Below are positions 28,518 to 43,216 of a stretch of DNA of 64,000 nucleotides, piece by piece; within the stretch, counting starts at the first letter, position 1; each line of letters starts with the position of its first letter. Source of the DNA: the human T2T-CHM13v2.0 reference genome, Homo sapiens; the NCBI RefSeq assembly GCF_009914755.1, contig NC_060926.1, one strand, 5' to 3'. Position numbers and translations under genes: made by a program. The notes under the pieces are model-generated. The model had not been told where the DNA came from and did no database searches. It saw nothing but the letters and a program-made list of their open reading frames with translations.

Positions 28518-28744
28518 CTAAATATCTACATCTAGCAAGGTCATTTCTCCACTAGAGACTCCGATTGCTAAAGTAACTCCAGAAATTTTGTAAAAGCACT
28601 CTCATATCTCTTCTCAACCTAGATGCTCCATTCTTTATTTCCACTCCTTGTTCTGTAGTCTTATATTGACATTTCCTTCTCTATTGAGACTTTTTTAGAC
28701 TTTCTGTTTGTTTTACTCCTAGCTTGAACTTTTGAATTCTGTCT

Positions 28745-29008
28745 CTCTTTTTTTTTTTCTCTCTTTTTTTTTAATCTGGGCTCACTTTAACCTCTGCCTC
28801 CTGGGTTCAAGCGATTCTCCTGCCTCATCCTCCTGAGTAGCCAGGACTACAGGTGTGCGCCACCAAGCCCAGCTAATTTTTGTATTTTTAGTAGAAATGG
28901 GGTTTCACCATTTTGGCCAGGATGGTCTCCATATCTTGACCTCTTGATCCGCCCCCCTTGGCCTCCCAAAGTGCTGGGATTACAGGCGTGAGCCACCGTG
29001 CCCTGCCC
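28745..29008 (-). mobile_element. AluSc-like lacking the 3' end of its right arm
   Basis: GGATGGTCTC..TCTTGACCTC (Sc-like); T-rich tail joined directly to AATCTGGGCTCAC; TSD aattctgtct (28735-28744/29011-29020). Confidence 0.85.
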
Positions 29009-31124
29009 CAAATTCTGTCTTTTTGATGTCCCTATTGGGTTAGAAACTCAACCATTAACACATAGTCTAGATTCCTAAATCCTAGCCTAGAAAAAGCACT
29101 AGGGCTTTCCATATAAATGGCAGAGACCTGAAGGCAGTTATTGTATTGACATTATTTCCTTTGATTAATTCATCTTGAAGGGAGAAGTTCTGTTTATGCC
29201 TAGCATAAAAATATGTATTTTTGTAAACTTAATTAAATAAATGAACAACTAAATAAATTTGTTATTGCTACCTTGGTCACCATAAGGTGATTTTTGACAC
29301 TGTTACTCAAGTCAATTTTTCTTTAGGTAGTTATGGTCTAGGACAATGCTTTATGAATTGTACCCTATGGATTATTCAAGAGGGTGATGTGGGTGTTTTG
29401 GAAGCAGGAGTGAAAGATAAGAAGGAGGACCAAGTATGCAGGGCTTCAGGCTACTCATATGAATTTCAAGCAGAGAAAATCCCCTAGTGTGCACTTTACA
29501 TATTGGACTTATTCCAAATATTTCAGTTGAATAAATGTTTCCAAGACTTAAAAAATGTAAAAAACCCAAAACCACTGATCCAAATCTACACTAGCGAGTG
29601 GCAAAGGCAAACTTCCCATTGGGCTTAAATGTGCTTACCTTGTCTCTATTTTACTTAAACAAATTTCCATGAAGTTAAAACTTTTCTAACTCTGATACTG
29701 AATTTGCCAAAAAGACAAACAAAGCATTACATGGGTGGCAAAGTTGCTTCTACACTTTTAATGATGACAGACTTCCCAAGAATACCGGATGAACCAGATC
29801 TGCATAAGCAAAAGGATTTATTTACCCAAGCATCTCTTCACTAGGAAATTCAATGATTTAATAATTCCATACCGCTTTAACTCCCTGGCACCTAGAACTT
29901 TGAAGAGCCTCCTGCTTAGGTGACAATTGCCAACAATAAATGCCTTGGAAACACTAATGTTAAGGATTAGGGAGTTAGTGCAGACAAAATGAATTATGCT
30001 TAGCACTTACAGGTTTTCTATGGGCAATAGTAGGATAAATGAGGTATTATTAGTACTGTACGTTCTGTGCCAGAGGCAATATCTAGCACTGTAGTCCTTT
30101 ACACTTCTTGATATGCCAGCCTCTGTACTGTGTACTTCCAAGCTGATGCTGATAGAGCAAAGAAAGACATAGAGACAAAATCCTTTAAGTTCTTGAGTTC
30201 CTTGAAACAAAGGGAGATAAAAAGCAATGCAATATGTTAATTTGAAAATCAAATAAAAATGTACTGTGGATTTTTTTAACATGCCTCCTAAGGCTATTAA
30301 TCCACACCACAAAATCAAAGGGAGTGCTAAATCTGTCAGAAAGGACTTAAAACACTCAAAGATACTTTTGAATTTCATTTATTCTTTCCTTTTCTCATCA
30401 CTGATGATTTCCATGTTTTCAAAGGAAAGGGGCCTCTTGGGGGTTTAAGGGAGTGATTTCTTTAATGATGTCAATATCTGAAGCAGAGACATCCAGAGAC
30501 AGTTTGCAGTTTTACAACCCTTTAAGTAAAAGTGGTGAAATGCCTCTCTATGCTTTCTAAATAGATGGCATATTGATAGCAATGAACATTATTTGCCAAG
30601 ATTAGCACAGAAAGAATGCCCCATTTCCAATCTCAGTACTGAGACTATTAGGTCAAGGAATAGCAGAATGAGGACACTGAATGTTTATGAAAGTGATGCT
30701 TTGATCCAATGAGACCTAAATTGATATGTCATACACTTTGCCTTCATTAATATGTATTATAACTCAACTTCCTGCCAGAAAGTTCCACACCATCTTCCAC
30801 TTTTTAAATTAGGCACAGTAGACTACACAAGAACATTACATTAGTTTGAGAAATATATTTGCCAGCAAATAGTCTTCATAGAAGAAAATATGTACCCCAA
30901 ATATTTGAAAATTACTCTATTGTAAACACTACAAATCATTTAAGACTTACTACATCCTCACAGAGTGCATAAGAGTCTGATAACACATCATTATTTTTAA
31001 GTTGTGGCAGCAGATAGTAAAATATTACAGACTCAAGCTTTTACTTTTCCTGATTACCTCTCAATGTCTGATATCAGCTTGCATGCTGAGCAAAGTCATC
31101 TCTATTGATCAACTGCAACTATAA

Positions 31125-31360
31125 ATGCATTCACACATTTATGCATCCGATTATCCATTGTTCATTCATGTGATACATTGAGTGTCTGCTATGGGATAGG
31201 GAGCCGTGCTAGGTGCTAAGGGCCTAGATATAAAAACTGCAGTTTCTGCTCTTTTAAGAGACTGGTGATATTGTGGGATAGCTGTATAAAAAGTAACACT
31301 GGCAGCAGAACTATGATTAGGGCTAAGGCAGCACAAAAGCTGGGTGCTATGGTAGCAGAA
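31125..31360 (-). mobile_element. L2 3' fragment
   Basis: TTCATTCAT..CATTGAGTGTCTGCTATG..CCGTGCTAGGTGCT..GGGTGCTATGG. Confidence 0.6.
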
Positions 31361-32644
31361 GCTAGAAGCTCTAGTGAGTTATTTAGTTCTAGGCCTACAT
31401 GTTTTCAGTAGAATTTGAGAAGACTAATGTTCCCTTTGTGACTCCTTGATTGAATGTGGAGCTCACCCTATATCTGAAAGCTTCTCAGCCATAGACTTTC
31501 TGTACATGGGTCTTTACTGTGCCCTGTCCAACTGCCTGGAGGAGTTACCCTCTTGGGAACATCTTTTGTTCAGTTCCCTTTATATTTGAGGCATTTGTTT
31601 CTGTTCTTTCTCTAAAACCCAACACTCCTTTGTCACAGTTTCATGGAACTTTAATTAGTTTCTCAATGCAGAATCGTAATTTCAGTTTCTACCATCAGTC
31701 AGCTCCTGATATTGTAGTCATTATTTAAACTGGTACTTGCGACTCTACCTCTTGTTTTCATTCTTCACACTCTTGGTTCACTTCTTTCTGCTCATTAAAG
31801 TCAAAAAAAGTTTGCCAACTATACATAAAATTAGAGCCCTCTTCTAAATCAATGACATGTCTATATAAAAAGTTCTACTGTGTTTTAAAAACACAATGAT
31901 TTCAGCTATATGTTAAGATACTATAAAAGTCATAACCTGCCTTGGAATTTACTGTGGGGCAATGCCATAATATTACAACATTACTTTCAGAGACAGAACT
32001 TTTAAGAACAAATTTTGAGCTTGTAATCACTTTACTTTGAAAGCATTCTGAAGTTAAAAAAAGATCATTTTTATAAACTGTCCTTCCCTGCTTTGAATTT
32101 GACTGTTGCAATCCCCGCAAAAACTAGGTATCTCTTGGATAGCGTTAGTCATCACTTTCTCATTATCAAGCATCCTGGAATATTGTTCCATACTGATTTT
32201 CTTTCTCTACATCTTATTTCAAAATTTATTCTTTTCACTATGCATTAATGCATAGCAAACTCCACAATATGTTTTCTACCAAACCCTGTGGCTATTTCTT
32301 GTATATGATAATTCAGAATTTAAATCAGGCCCCCATACTACCATATTTCTCAATAAAGTAAATTATTCAGGGAAGCAGGGGAGCATGTAATATGGAGTTA
32401 CATTTATTCTCAGTTAAAAAAAATGAGAGAAAGGGAGAAGGAAAAGAAGACTGATTTGCATGCATGCTATCAAGTAATAACATTTTTTTCTCTTCTTGAA
32501 CTCTTTTCTTGGCCCTTTACAGTTACTTTTCTTCCCTATGATCTAGTGAAGATTGACAACCTATTTCCTCCTAACATTTATAATATCTAAAGATGATCCT
32601 GAGTTTGTGCTATATCATCCAGTCAATCATCAATTGCTCCTGGA

Positions 32645-33225
32645 GTCCACTCATTTGTTTAGAAAACATTTATTGAGTATAGTAACAGAAGACATAGTGA
32701 TGGCCATGATAAGATGTGATCACTGGCTTCACAGAATTTGTGATTTACTGGGAAATATATTTTAAACAATATTTAGTCATATAATTAATAGATATCAATA
32801 GTAAGAAATGATAGTAAAATTAGAGCAATGGATGTACATATAAATGAAATATTAAAAGTCTGGAGGCTCAAGGTTAGCTTCTGTGAGGAAATTGAGATCT
32901 CAAAGATAAACTAGTCACCTGAATGTAGTGGAAATAACACTGCAGGCTGCCAGGCATAAGGGGGAGTACGTCTGAAGATCATTGCAGCACAATAAGATCT
33001 AACCTCTTTTGCTACTAAAAAGCTAATATTGCTAGAGAGAAGAGAACAAGAATGAGACTGATTTAAGATCAAGCAGTTTATCTCTATATGTTATGTATGG
33101 GTTTCTAGATGTTAAGACAGAATATGAATAAACATTGAAAGGCTTGAAGAAAAGTCTCACTTGAATAAAAAACCACTTTTATGGTTATGAGAATGAATTG
33201 AAAATGGGTCAAGAATCAATGTGGA
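32645..33225 (-). mobile_element. L2 fragment (continues ~33785-33940)
   Basis: CTCATTTGTTTAGAAAACATTTATTGAGT start with purine-rich degenerate L2 body. Confidence 0.5.
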
Positions 33226-33780
33226 TGACCATACACCCTAGCAATTCCACTCTTAAGTAGCTTCCCAATAAAAATAAAAATATCTGTCTACAAAAACTCT
33301 TGCACAGGAAGCTAGCATTATTTGTAATAACAAAAAAAGTGGAAATGACTCAAAAGTCCACCAACTGATAAATAGAGAAACAAAATGTGGTAGGTTCACA
33401 CAGTAGAATACTATTCAGCAATGAAAAGGAATGAAGTACTGATATATTCTACAACCTAATATAAGCTATGAACCTCAAAAGCATTATGCTAAGTGAAAAG
33501 AGCAATACACAAAGACCGCATATTGTATAATTCAATTTATATGAGATATTGAATAAAGGCAAATATATAGAGACAAATTACATTAATAGTTTCCTGGGGG
33601 ACGGGTGTGGAAATGAACACTCTAAGTGGGCATATAGGATGCTATCAGACTGATGAAAATCTTATAAAACTGGATTATGGTGGCAGTTGCACATCTCAAC
33701 AATTTACTAAAGGTAATTTTTACAGTTAAATGAGTGAATTTTATGATATAAGTTATATATCAAAAGAGTTGTTAAAAATT
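33226..33780 (+). mobile_element. L1MB/L1ME-type 3' fragment
   Basis: CCCTAGCAATTCCACTC..GAATACTATTCAGCAATGAAAAGGAATGAAGTACTG..CATTATGCTAAGTGAAA. Confidence 0.8.
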
Positions 33781-34933
33781 ATAATAGATGTATTTGAAAG
33801 AAAATCAGGAAATGTGACAATCTAGATTTTGTGACTGATTGGCTGAAGCATTGTAGGAAAGTCTGGTATGTATATTTCTGGCAAGAACAACAGTGTGGAT
33901 TGTGGACCAGATTGTACAACAAGGTGGATAGTTCTGCCAGTTATAAGTAGGTCCCGATGATCCCATTTTTGCAGATCAAGTTGTTCGTCTATTAAAAAAT
34001 TGGCAATGACTGCTCTTAAAACTAAGGCTAAAATACAAAACCCTGTCACTAAATCTAGCACCATCTTTCAGCTCTACTGCTCTGCTGCAACTTCTCCAGC
34101 ACAACAAACAAACCCTTGCCAAAAATACTGGCTATGGGACACACCTTTGATAATCCTGGATTTAGCAGATGCTCTGGTGACTTTCAGTTCTATGGCACTG
34201 AGGTACCTCCTCAGAAAATAACAGAATGTGTAATGCTGATTTGAGACAGCAACACACTCCCATGGCTTACAAGGGTCACAGACTGTATGTATGTGTATAA
34301 ATCTCTGAGCATTGAAAGGAAAAGAAGGAAAAGAAAGGATACAAACACACACATACACACATTACAGGGTTATTCGAAATAAAATGTATTCTGAGAAAAA
34401 CATGCTACTCGACTTTCTTTAGCTTTCATTTGTATATTTTGGTTTTGTACCCAGGCAACCTTGAATTTTCAGTCTTGCTGCTACATAACATATGGGGGTG
34501 TACAGACAATTTATGACAGACTGTCATTTGCATCTTTTTCACTGTGTGAAAAGGTTTTTTTTACAATTCATTTCAGTCTTTCTTATTTCATAATATACAT
34601 CTCTCTATTCCTCTTAAAATCAAACATAATGCAGATACATAAGAAAAAGAGCCACAAATATGAGAGGCAAAGAATTATTATTTCTCATTTGCAGTAAAAG
34701 GAATTTATTCAGAACACTGAAAATTTAGTATTTTCTTTTACAGACAGCCAAAATTAAATTTTCTATGGCATCATCCCAATCTCTTTCATGGACACACAAA
34801 ACACACGTTTTGTTTTTTTTTCTCTTTCTTCAGTAATAATAACAATAATAATACTTATCGTGTACTTACATATGTCAGGAAAATTTATAAATGCAATTTT
34901 TCTCTCTCCCTCTCTCTGTGTCTTTCTCTCTTG

Positions 34934-34936
<3 letters not shown>

Positions 34937-34997
<61 letters not shown>
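34937..34997. repeat. (TC)n(CA)n compound microsatellite
   Basis: About 14 TC followed by about 17 CA units. Confidence 0.95.
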
Positions 34998-35000
<3 letters not shown>

Positions 35001-37569
35001 TCCAGTCAAATAACTGTTCAGGTCACCTATGTAGTAAATGGCTGGCTGAAAATACAACACAAGGCTTTCCACCTCCATGCTTCAAGTATTTAACTACTAT
35101 GTAATACCACATACCTCTTCTGGGACATTATCATTTCTTCCTACACCTATAAAAGTTTACTCAACCAATTGGCCTAGTAATATGAGTTTTAGGATTTTAG
35201 AAACTCCTATTCTTAGCTTAACAAACACAAATTTAGGATTTAAGAATCCTAAATTCTCTGTCTTATTTTCTTAGCTGTTGCATCAACAGACCTCCAGAAT
35301 TACCAACTAATGCAGAAAAATCAATTGTCTTTGGAGCAAAAGATGTTGGGTCCACTAAGAAAACAAAATCAGAAATGCTTTGTCTAATTATTTATCACGG
35401 GACTTAGTTGACCCATCAGAAAACTTCATTCCCTTATCCAATCATTTTTGATACTTAGAATTACATGTGCCGAACAAACAGGATTATGAATCAGTGTGAA
35501 AAATGACAGAAAGTGCAAAATATTCAATGTTGATGAAAGACAATACTTAAAGCAGAGAATGTTAAGAGGCAGAAGACTAATCACGAACTGCCTTACATGT
35601 CATTAAAATAAATGCCTGCTTTATTCCGAAAATATTTTTTGCACAACTAGAAGTTCAAGTGTGAAATGATGAGGTAATATTTGAATTTCCAGAATGATTG
35701 CTCTAATTATAGATTAGCATATTAATATGACACAGACAGGACATGAAGTTATGCTGGAAGTTGTTGCCATAGTCAAGGTGAATGATGATTAAAGCCTACA
35801 TTATATCAGCAGCAGCGATGATGATGAAAAGGTAATTTTTTAGAAATATTTCAGAGGCAATATCTAATATATTTGGCATTTTATTGGACGCGTAGAAGAG
35901 TAAAGAGTCAGGTATATTTCCAATGTAACTATATTAAGTGACTCACTGAATGGAAGGGTCTCCAAGAGAGATACAGAATACACAAAAAGATAAGGTTTGC
36001 AGGAGAATTAAATTTTTAGTGCCTACACATTGTGATCTATTAATGGAAGGTAATTTCAAATGAAGGGAGGGAGAGTTCATTCTGGAAAGGGTTATAAAAG
36101 GAGGCTATGAATTTCTATTTCTTTATAAAGATAATAGCATGTTTTCAACTCCTTCTCTCAAAGGTTATCCTGGTTAATCCTAAAATTATAAATTAAGTTT
36201 AGCAGTCTTATAATTTTAAGTTTCCAAATATTGCCAACATTCCAAACCATTTGCATAAAATTAAAAAACAGAAGGAAGTCTGGATACTCAAGTGGGCTCT
36301 GTTTCACCTGAGAGAAGTTGAAAGAGAAGTCTGCCTGGTTCTGCAGAGATAATCATTAGAATTGCTTCTGTCTTACTCAAATGGAGGCACACCCTCTCTT
36401 TGTCATCCTATGAAATCATCGCTCCTCTTGACTGCCAGTTTCTGAGCTGCTATGTCTGTTACACTGATTAGGAATTTCAACTTTCCATATCTCCTCAGTA
36501 GATTATGTGTTAAGAATTTAATAATTTTGACATAGATTAATATTCTGCCTCATATACTAAATCAGTAAAATGTAAGGATCATGTCTAATGTTACACTTAT
36601 AGGATATCATACAGCAACTTATTTAATGAGTTCTTTATGTAAAATTATTTGCCTTTCAGAGATAGAAATATTATATAATTTATGTATAATTTTTTACTAT
36701 TTACCTTGAAGTCCGCAACAATTTGATAAAAAATACATGAGCTGCTATACCCATTTCACCAATGAGAATACCCAAAACTCAAAGTGGTCACACAGATAAA
36801 GTCTTTCCACAATGTTAATCAATCTGAAAATGCTATAAAATACTTTTATCTCTCTAAAATACCCTTTTATGGCATAATTAAATATTTTATGATTTCTTTT
36901 TTCCTCCATATAATTCTTGATAATCTTTGTTATCTTCAAGGAACAATGCAAGAGTCTTAAAAATCCTAATCGGGTCATGCCTTTGGTTTTGCCAAATTTT
37001 CCACAGCAACTGATTTAAGATGAATACTTAATATTCCAAGCAGAAGCTGTGTCACTTTTAAATTTCATTGATGTTGCATTTTTTCTAATTTGGGCTGCAG
37101 CAGAATGGCTGTTTCTTCCAAGAAGTTATGGGAAAAAAAAGTTATTGATGTTTATTTTTGTACAGGGAATAAAAAGATACAATTGCTAGTATTCATTTCA
37201 AGTATTAATTTATTGCTTTTTTTAAGAAAAAATGTAAAGTTTTCAGATCAAATTCAGCACTTAAAAATTTTGTATCCCATCCCTATGACAAGAAAGAAAA
37301 AATAAAAACAAAAAAGTAAAAAGTGCATTGATTCTGATTCTGAAATCATTTAACTTAAGTAACTCTTTAGATGGTGTCTCTATAATTGCATCATCTACTT
37401 TCCAAAATACAATGTGACTGTTCACTTTACAGCCACATTATATTTGGGGCAGTTGGTAAAGCTTAGCTGATTTTAAACCATGTGTGTCCTCCTGGACTGA
37501 GCCTCAAAGCATAATCCAATCAACAGAGTGTAAATAAAAATTCAGATGCATAAAGTATTTTTTGATTCA

Positions 37570-37720
37570 TTTAACACAATTTTCTCATTTCATATATGAC
37601 GAAATTAAGACCCAGAGAAATGCAGTTATTTACTCAGGTCTTTATTTTTCACAATCCATGCAATATATAGCAATGAAACATTACTTCTGCCTCTAGCCTC
37701 TGTCCTCAATTTACATTCTA
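37570..37720 (-). mobile_element. MIR fragment
   Basis: CTCATTTCATATATGACGAAATTAAGACCCAGAGA..TTATTTACTCAGGTC. Confidence 0.45.
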
Positions 37721-38389
37721 TGCTAAAGTTTGGCCAAAAAGTGAAGGTGGTGAATAAGACATTTTAAATTGCTATTCAGAATAAAAATCAATACACAATC
37801 AATCAACAAACATCTATAGAGTGTGCACTATATCTAATTCTGTTATATACATCAAGAAGTTGCCAACAACAGTAGCTCATGGAGCAGATTACTAGCAGTA
37901 ACGTTCCTAACTCGGTGATGTTTAGAGTCAGCTTCATTGTCTTCATTCTCTCTCTCCAACTGTGATAAAAGATAGTGTAGAAAACATCATATCCAAAGGT
38001 CATAGCATGTCAAAACCATGAATTTTATTTCAATTTCCAAAAGGGCTTTGTGTGGGTGTTTCAACATTCATTAATTGCATTTGAGTCATGTTTTTAAAGT
38101 ACCTTACCTTACTTGAATGTCTTTCACATAAGGATCCCCAAGGACACTACAAATGAGCAACAGTCACTTTCAAGTTTCAAAACAGTTCTGCTAGACTGAC
38201 TAATGGGGTTTAAAGGTCCCCAAATCAAGATGATAGAAAATTCACTGGACTTCTGAGCAGGCAATCACAGTAAGGTTCTGAAACAAGATGATAATCATCA
38301 CTGGAGTTAGACATAATAAAGAAAAGACAGAAGTGGGTCTTAGGGGAATGAGTTAGCAAAAACAGACTTGCACCTGTACATTGAGTTTT

Positions 38390-38550
38390 AGCATTTCAGA
38401 ACTGGAAGGAAAATTAGCTGTCACTTACTTTAAATTGCATCCCACCACATGTGAAGAAATTGAGGCCAAGAGAGGGCAACAGATATATTTCATATCACAC
38501 AGCTAGGTAGAAGGGAAGCAGGAGGTAGAATCTATTTATTCTGATTTTAG
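38390..38550 (-). mobile_element. MIR/MIR3 fragment
   Basis: CATTTCAGAACTGGAAGG..GAAGAAATTGAGGCCAAGAGAGGG..TCACACAGCTAG. Confidence 0.6.
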
Positions 38551-39099
38551 TAATAGCTATATAAACATTAAATATGCTTCTGAATGAAACAATCTATTAT
38601 AAAATATAGCATAGGTTCATTTGGTGATTATATTGAGTATAATCTGATTTTCTGAAATGTTCATAGTCATCACAAAATTAACCTAAACACATTTCTTCAC
38701 ATGAGAACTCTTACATCTATGAAGACATATTTGATGTGTATTTGTTCTTTTCTAATTGTCCCTTCCCTTTTGTCCCCAATCTCTTCTATGCATTTCAAGT
38801 TCAGTTAATCATTTCGATCTGACTTGAACAAAGCACAGTGAAACTATTACTTTCCTTCACTCTCCCTCTTTAAAATCGGGTTTTTAGTTTCTATTTGAAA
38901 AAACTCCAATTTTAATTTACACTAGGTTTTCAGAAAAAAAAAACCTTTGGTAATAAAAATAAAAAAAAAACTTTTGGTAATAAAAATAAAAAACCCAATT
39001 TGGGTTCAGATGGGGACATTAACTGTAGTCTAATTTAGCTACTTCTTATGCTTGAATCTCTCCTACAGTTTGCCTCTTGAAGTGGCTGTCCCCTGCCTC

Positions 39100-40010
39100 C
39101 ATTTGAATAGTTCCAGCGACAGGCTACATATTACCTCCTGAGAGAGCTTGTTTCATGTTCAAATAGCTCTGGCTGTTCGTGCTTCCTTATTTTGTGCTGA
39201 AATCCATGTCTCTGTAGCATCAAAAACCTCATCCTGTTTTGCATTCTTGGGGCCATGTAGCCACATGGCAGCACTTCAAATATTTACAAACAGTTGTCTT
39301 GTTCACTCTGAATCATTTCTTCTCTGAGCAAAATATTCTTATTTTTCTCAATTACTCTTACATAATAAGGTTTAGATTCTCACTTATTTCTTGTGAGTAC
39401 CTAATTTCTGTTCTCTGCAACAAACCAATTTGTTCATAACTCATTTCAGGTATTATATAAAGAACAAAACAACTTTCTACAGATTTATCTGCCTAGTACC
39501 AAATATTTCACTTAATATATGTGTAACGATAGACTCTAAAGTCACAATTGATGTTTTGATAATTACCACCTACTAATGATTCACATGAAACTTGCAAATT
39601 GGCTCAAATTTCTGATATCTTTTTTTAGATGTGCTACTGCTAAGCTGCAGCTTCCCTGCTGCTTCACAGTACTTTAAGAGATTCAAATCCTGAAACTCTA
39701 CCATTGGAATTTCAGAGCCAAATGTAGACATCTATGAGCTCACCTTAGATTTTACTTTTAAAATTTCATCTTTGAGTTTTGTCTTATTTTGAGGAATGGA
39801 GATCTTGATTTGGTCAAGACATTTATTAATCCCTCCACTGTGCTCCACCAGTGTATCATGACCATATCTTTGATTTATTTCTTTATTTACTTATTCATTT
39901 AAAAAGAATGAAAAGAACAGAACAGGGTCAACTAAGTACAAAGTGTTACAATACACAACTAAAGATGTCTCTTTAGTCTACAATCCATTCATCAATCATA
40001 TAGACTTTTC
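39100..40010 (-). mobile_element. L3/CR1 LINE fragment
   Basis: CCACATGGCAGCACTTCAAATATTTACAAACAGTTGTC..TTCTTCTCTGAGCAAAATATT..CAATTACTCTTACATAATAAGGTTT resembles antisense CR1/L3. Confidence 0.55.
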
Positions 40011-40440
40011 TTCAATTAAAATATAGTGTGAAGCAAAACAATTAAAGCAGATAAAAGCAGAGCTTATCTGAATGAAGATCTGTTCATGTGAACACATACA
40101 CACACACTCTCTCTTTAATATCCTGCCTTCTTAGGGTCAGTGTTATCCTCCAAAACACCTCCATGGGATCTTTAGAGAACTTCAGAACATGGTTTGGATC
40201 TCAGCAATAATCCCATTTTGGAAATGATTATCCTACAAGCAATGATTCCCATCCGTGTTCTCTTGTATTCATGATTACCATGAGATACTGACAAACATCT
40301 ATTAGAAATAAAGTTACATTATGCAATCTCAGAAAAATTAGTCTTTAAGTTGTATACATATCATATAAATTCCAGTGCAATTTTATTTGAAAAATGATAA
40401 AATAATTCTAATGCTTATGTAAAAAAAATCACACTTATAT

Positions 40441-40680
40441 GGAAGGGCTCTCTTTTCTCCACATCCTCACCAGCATCCATTATTTTTTGTCATTTTAATA
40501 ATAGTAATTCGGATGAAGATAAGATAATGCAATGTTTGATAGCAAAGTAGGGTGACTATACTTAACAAAAAAGTGTGGTACTTGGTGATGGACACTCTAA
40601 ATATCCTGACTTGAAAACTACACATTATATACATGTAACAAAACTTCTCATGTGCACAAAGTTTGTACAAATATAAAAAG
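40441..40680. mobile_element. Short L1MA fragment: antisense ORF2-end piece joined to a sense 3'UTR piece
   Basis: TTTCTCCACATCCTCACCAGCA (antisense, ~40441-40525), then GGGTGACTATACTTAACAA..CCTGACTTGA..CATGTAACAAAA (sense). Confidence 0.65.
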
Positions 40681-41916
40681 AATGATAATGTAAGTGCATA
40701 ATTATTGACCCGGAACAATGTTTAGAATATACACAGAGTATATGCAGAAAAATAAATAGAATAGAAAGAACTACATTGTTTCTATTTCAGTTAGAAATAT
40801 ATATGAAGACAAAATACATCTATTCTAGAATCTACTTTTTACCTGTTCAGTTAAAATCAGTCTCAAGCTTTTGCCTTTTCTCCCATTATTCAATATTGCT
40901 CAAAAATGTAGAACATGTTTCCAAGTGCAGTGTTAATCAAGAAATATTTTTATTACTTTGGAATGTAAATGATCAATAAAGACAAAATACTTGAGGAAAG
41001 CTAGAAGCCAATTCTATCACTGAGTTCAAAATAATATTTTTTAAATACTCAAATTATTGGAAATATGCATGAGGTATTATCAATATTGTTAAACTCAGCT
41101 AAGTTATGACAAACGAGAAACACTGAGATTTCTAACTTGCCTAGTCTGACTATAGTATTTTCTCATGTTTGACCTCGAAGATATGGGGAACAGTGAATCA
41201 TTATTTGTCACAATTTCATATACAAATAATTGCTATTATTCACAGAATATTTATTATATGCCAGGTACTCTGATACTAGAAGAATTAACTGGATTCTTTA
41301 ATTTTATTATGAACTTTACATATATAACCAAATACCAATTATTCACAAAAACTGATTATATGTATTTCATTATCTCTATTTCTTTTTAATGTGAAAAGAA
41401 GCTTCTAGATTAAGTAATTCTGTCTCAAGTTCAATTATATGAATATATAAAGGATAGCCCCCAAATTCAAAGTCTGTTGTGTCATGTTATGGCGTCCAGG
41501 GCTCTTTGTGACATACCATACTATGATTATTCTGTGTAAATGAACTTACAAAGAAAGAAACATAGTAATGGGACTATTTATCATACAAATAAAATGGGAA
41601 TTGTTTTTGAAGAGAAGATATTTAAACTAAGAAAATCAATGAAATGGAAAGTTTTGCAACTGAGATCCAAAAATTGCCCAGAGTTTCTGTCTGAGGGAAA
41701 AAAAAATGACATACATGGGTTTCATTATCTAATAAAAGAAAACAAAATAGTTTAACCATACGAGCAACAACCCTCCTTGGTGAAAAGCAGTAGACTGAGA
41801 ATCAATAGTGCTTTCCATTTCTGTTCATTTTCCTAATTATGAGGCCCTGGGAAAATCCCTGGACTTTGTATAGAATATTTAAATTCTGAAGAGAACAAGG
41901 TAGCATCAATCTTTAA

Positions 41917-42486
<570 letters not shown>

Positions 42487-42699
42487 AACTAATATTCTTA
42501 TCTACTATTTCAATTGCACTTTGACTCAAGAGGAAAATAATAGATAATCTTAAACTCATAAATGGTTATTTCTATCATGGGTTCATTAGATGGAAATACA
42601 TTTGTGGCCCATTGTAGAATTTCAATTATCATTTTGCTCAAAATATAACATAATGTTTAAGATCATAAGCTTTAGCAAATGGTTGATCTGGTTTAAATT

Positions 42700-42990
42700 C
42701 CAAAACCACTATTCCTTAGATGAGGACAGCTGTAGCTACTGCACTGTAAGCCACATGAGAACAAGCGCCACATCTGTATTCTTTACCATTGATTACCAAG
42801 GACTAGCATAATATTTATATAGTTGAAGTTCAACAAAAAAATTATTGAATAAACGAATTTAACTCTCTAAACCAAAATGAGATAAATAATACCCACTTCA
42901 TAAGACTGTTGAAAGAATAGGATTAGATAATAGGGGTAAAGGGCTTTATAAGGTGCCTGACAGTAAGAACTAAATAAATAGAAACTATCT
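42700..42990 (+). mobile_element. L2 3' end followed by MIR fragment
   Basis: CTGTAAGCCACATGAGAACAAG..ATTATTGAATAAACGAAT, then AAAATGAGATAAATAATACCCACTTCATAAGACTGTTG. Confidence 0.6.
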
Positions 42991-43216
42991 GCATTATAGT
43001 TATCCAGCTCATCATAATTATTTCTTTGAATATTCAGCATTGTTAGACAAACCTGAGAAAATAATTCTTTGAAAATTATTATGAGAATGCTCTACACTCA
43101 TCCTATATTAAGTAAATGTATGGTATCTAAATTATTGATATATTTTTCTTCTTTCATTTCTGAACATCAGGATCACAAATATGATCATATATACTGTGAG
43201 TGTATATATCTTAGAT

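Noticed and set aside
33974-34221. Acceptor-like site and 73-aa ORF
   Set aside because: Weak donor, no recognisable homology, length within chance expectation.
36181-36218. Inverted repeat TAAAATTATAA/TTATAATTTTA
   Set aside because: Pure A/T stem, expected by chance in this composition.
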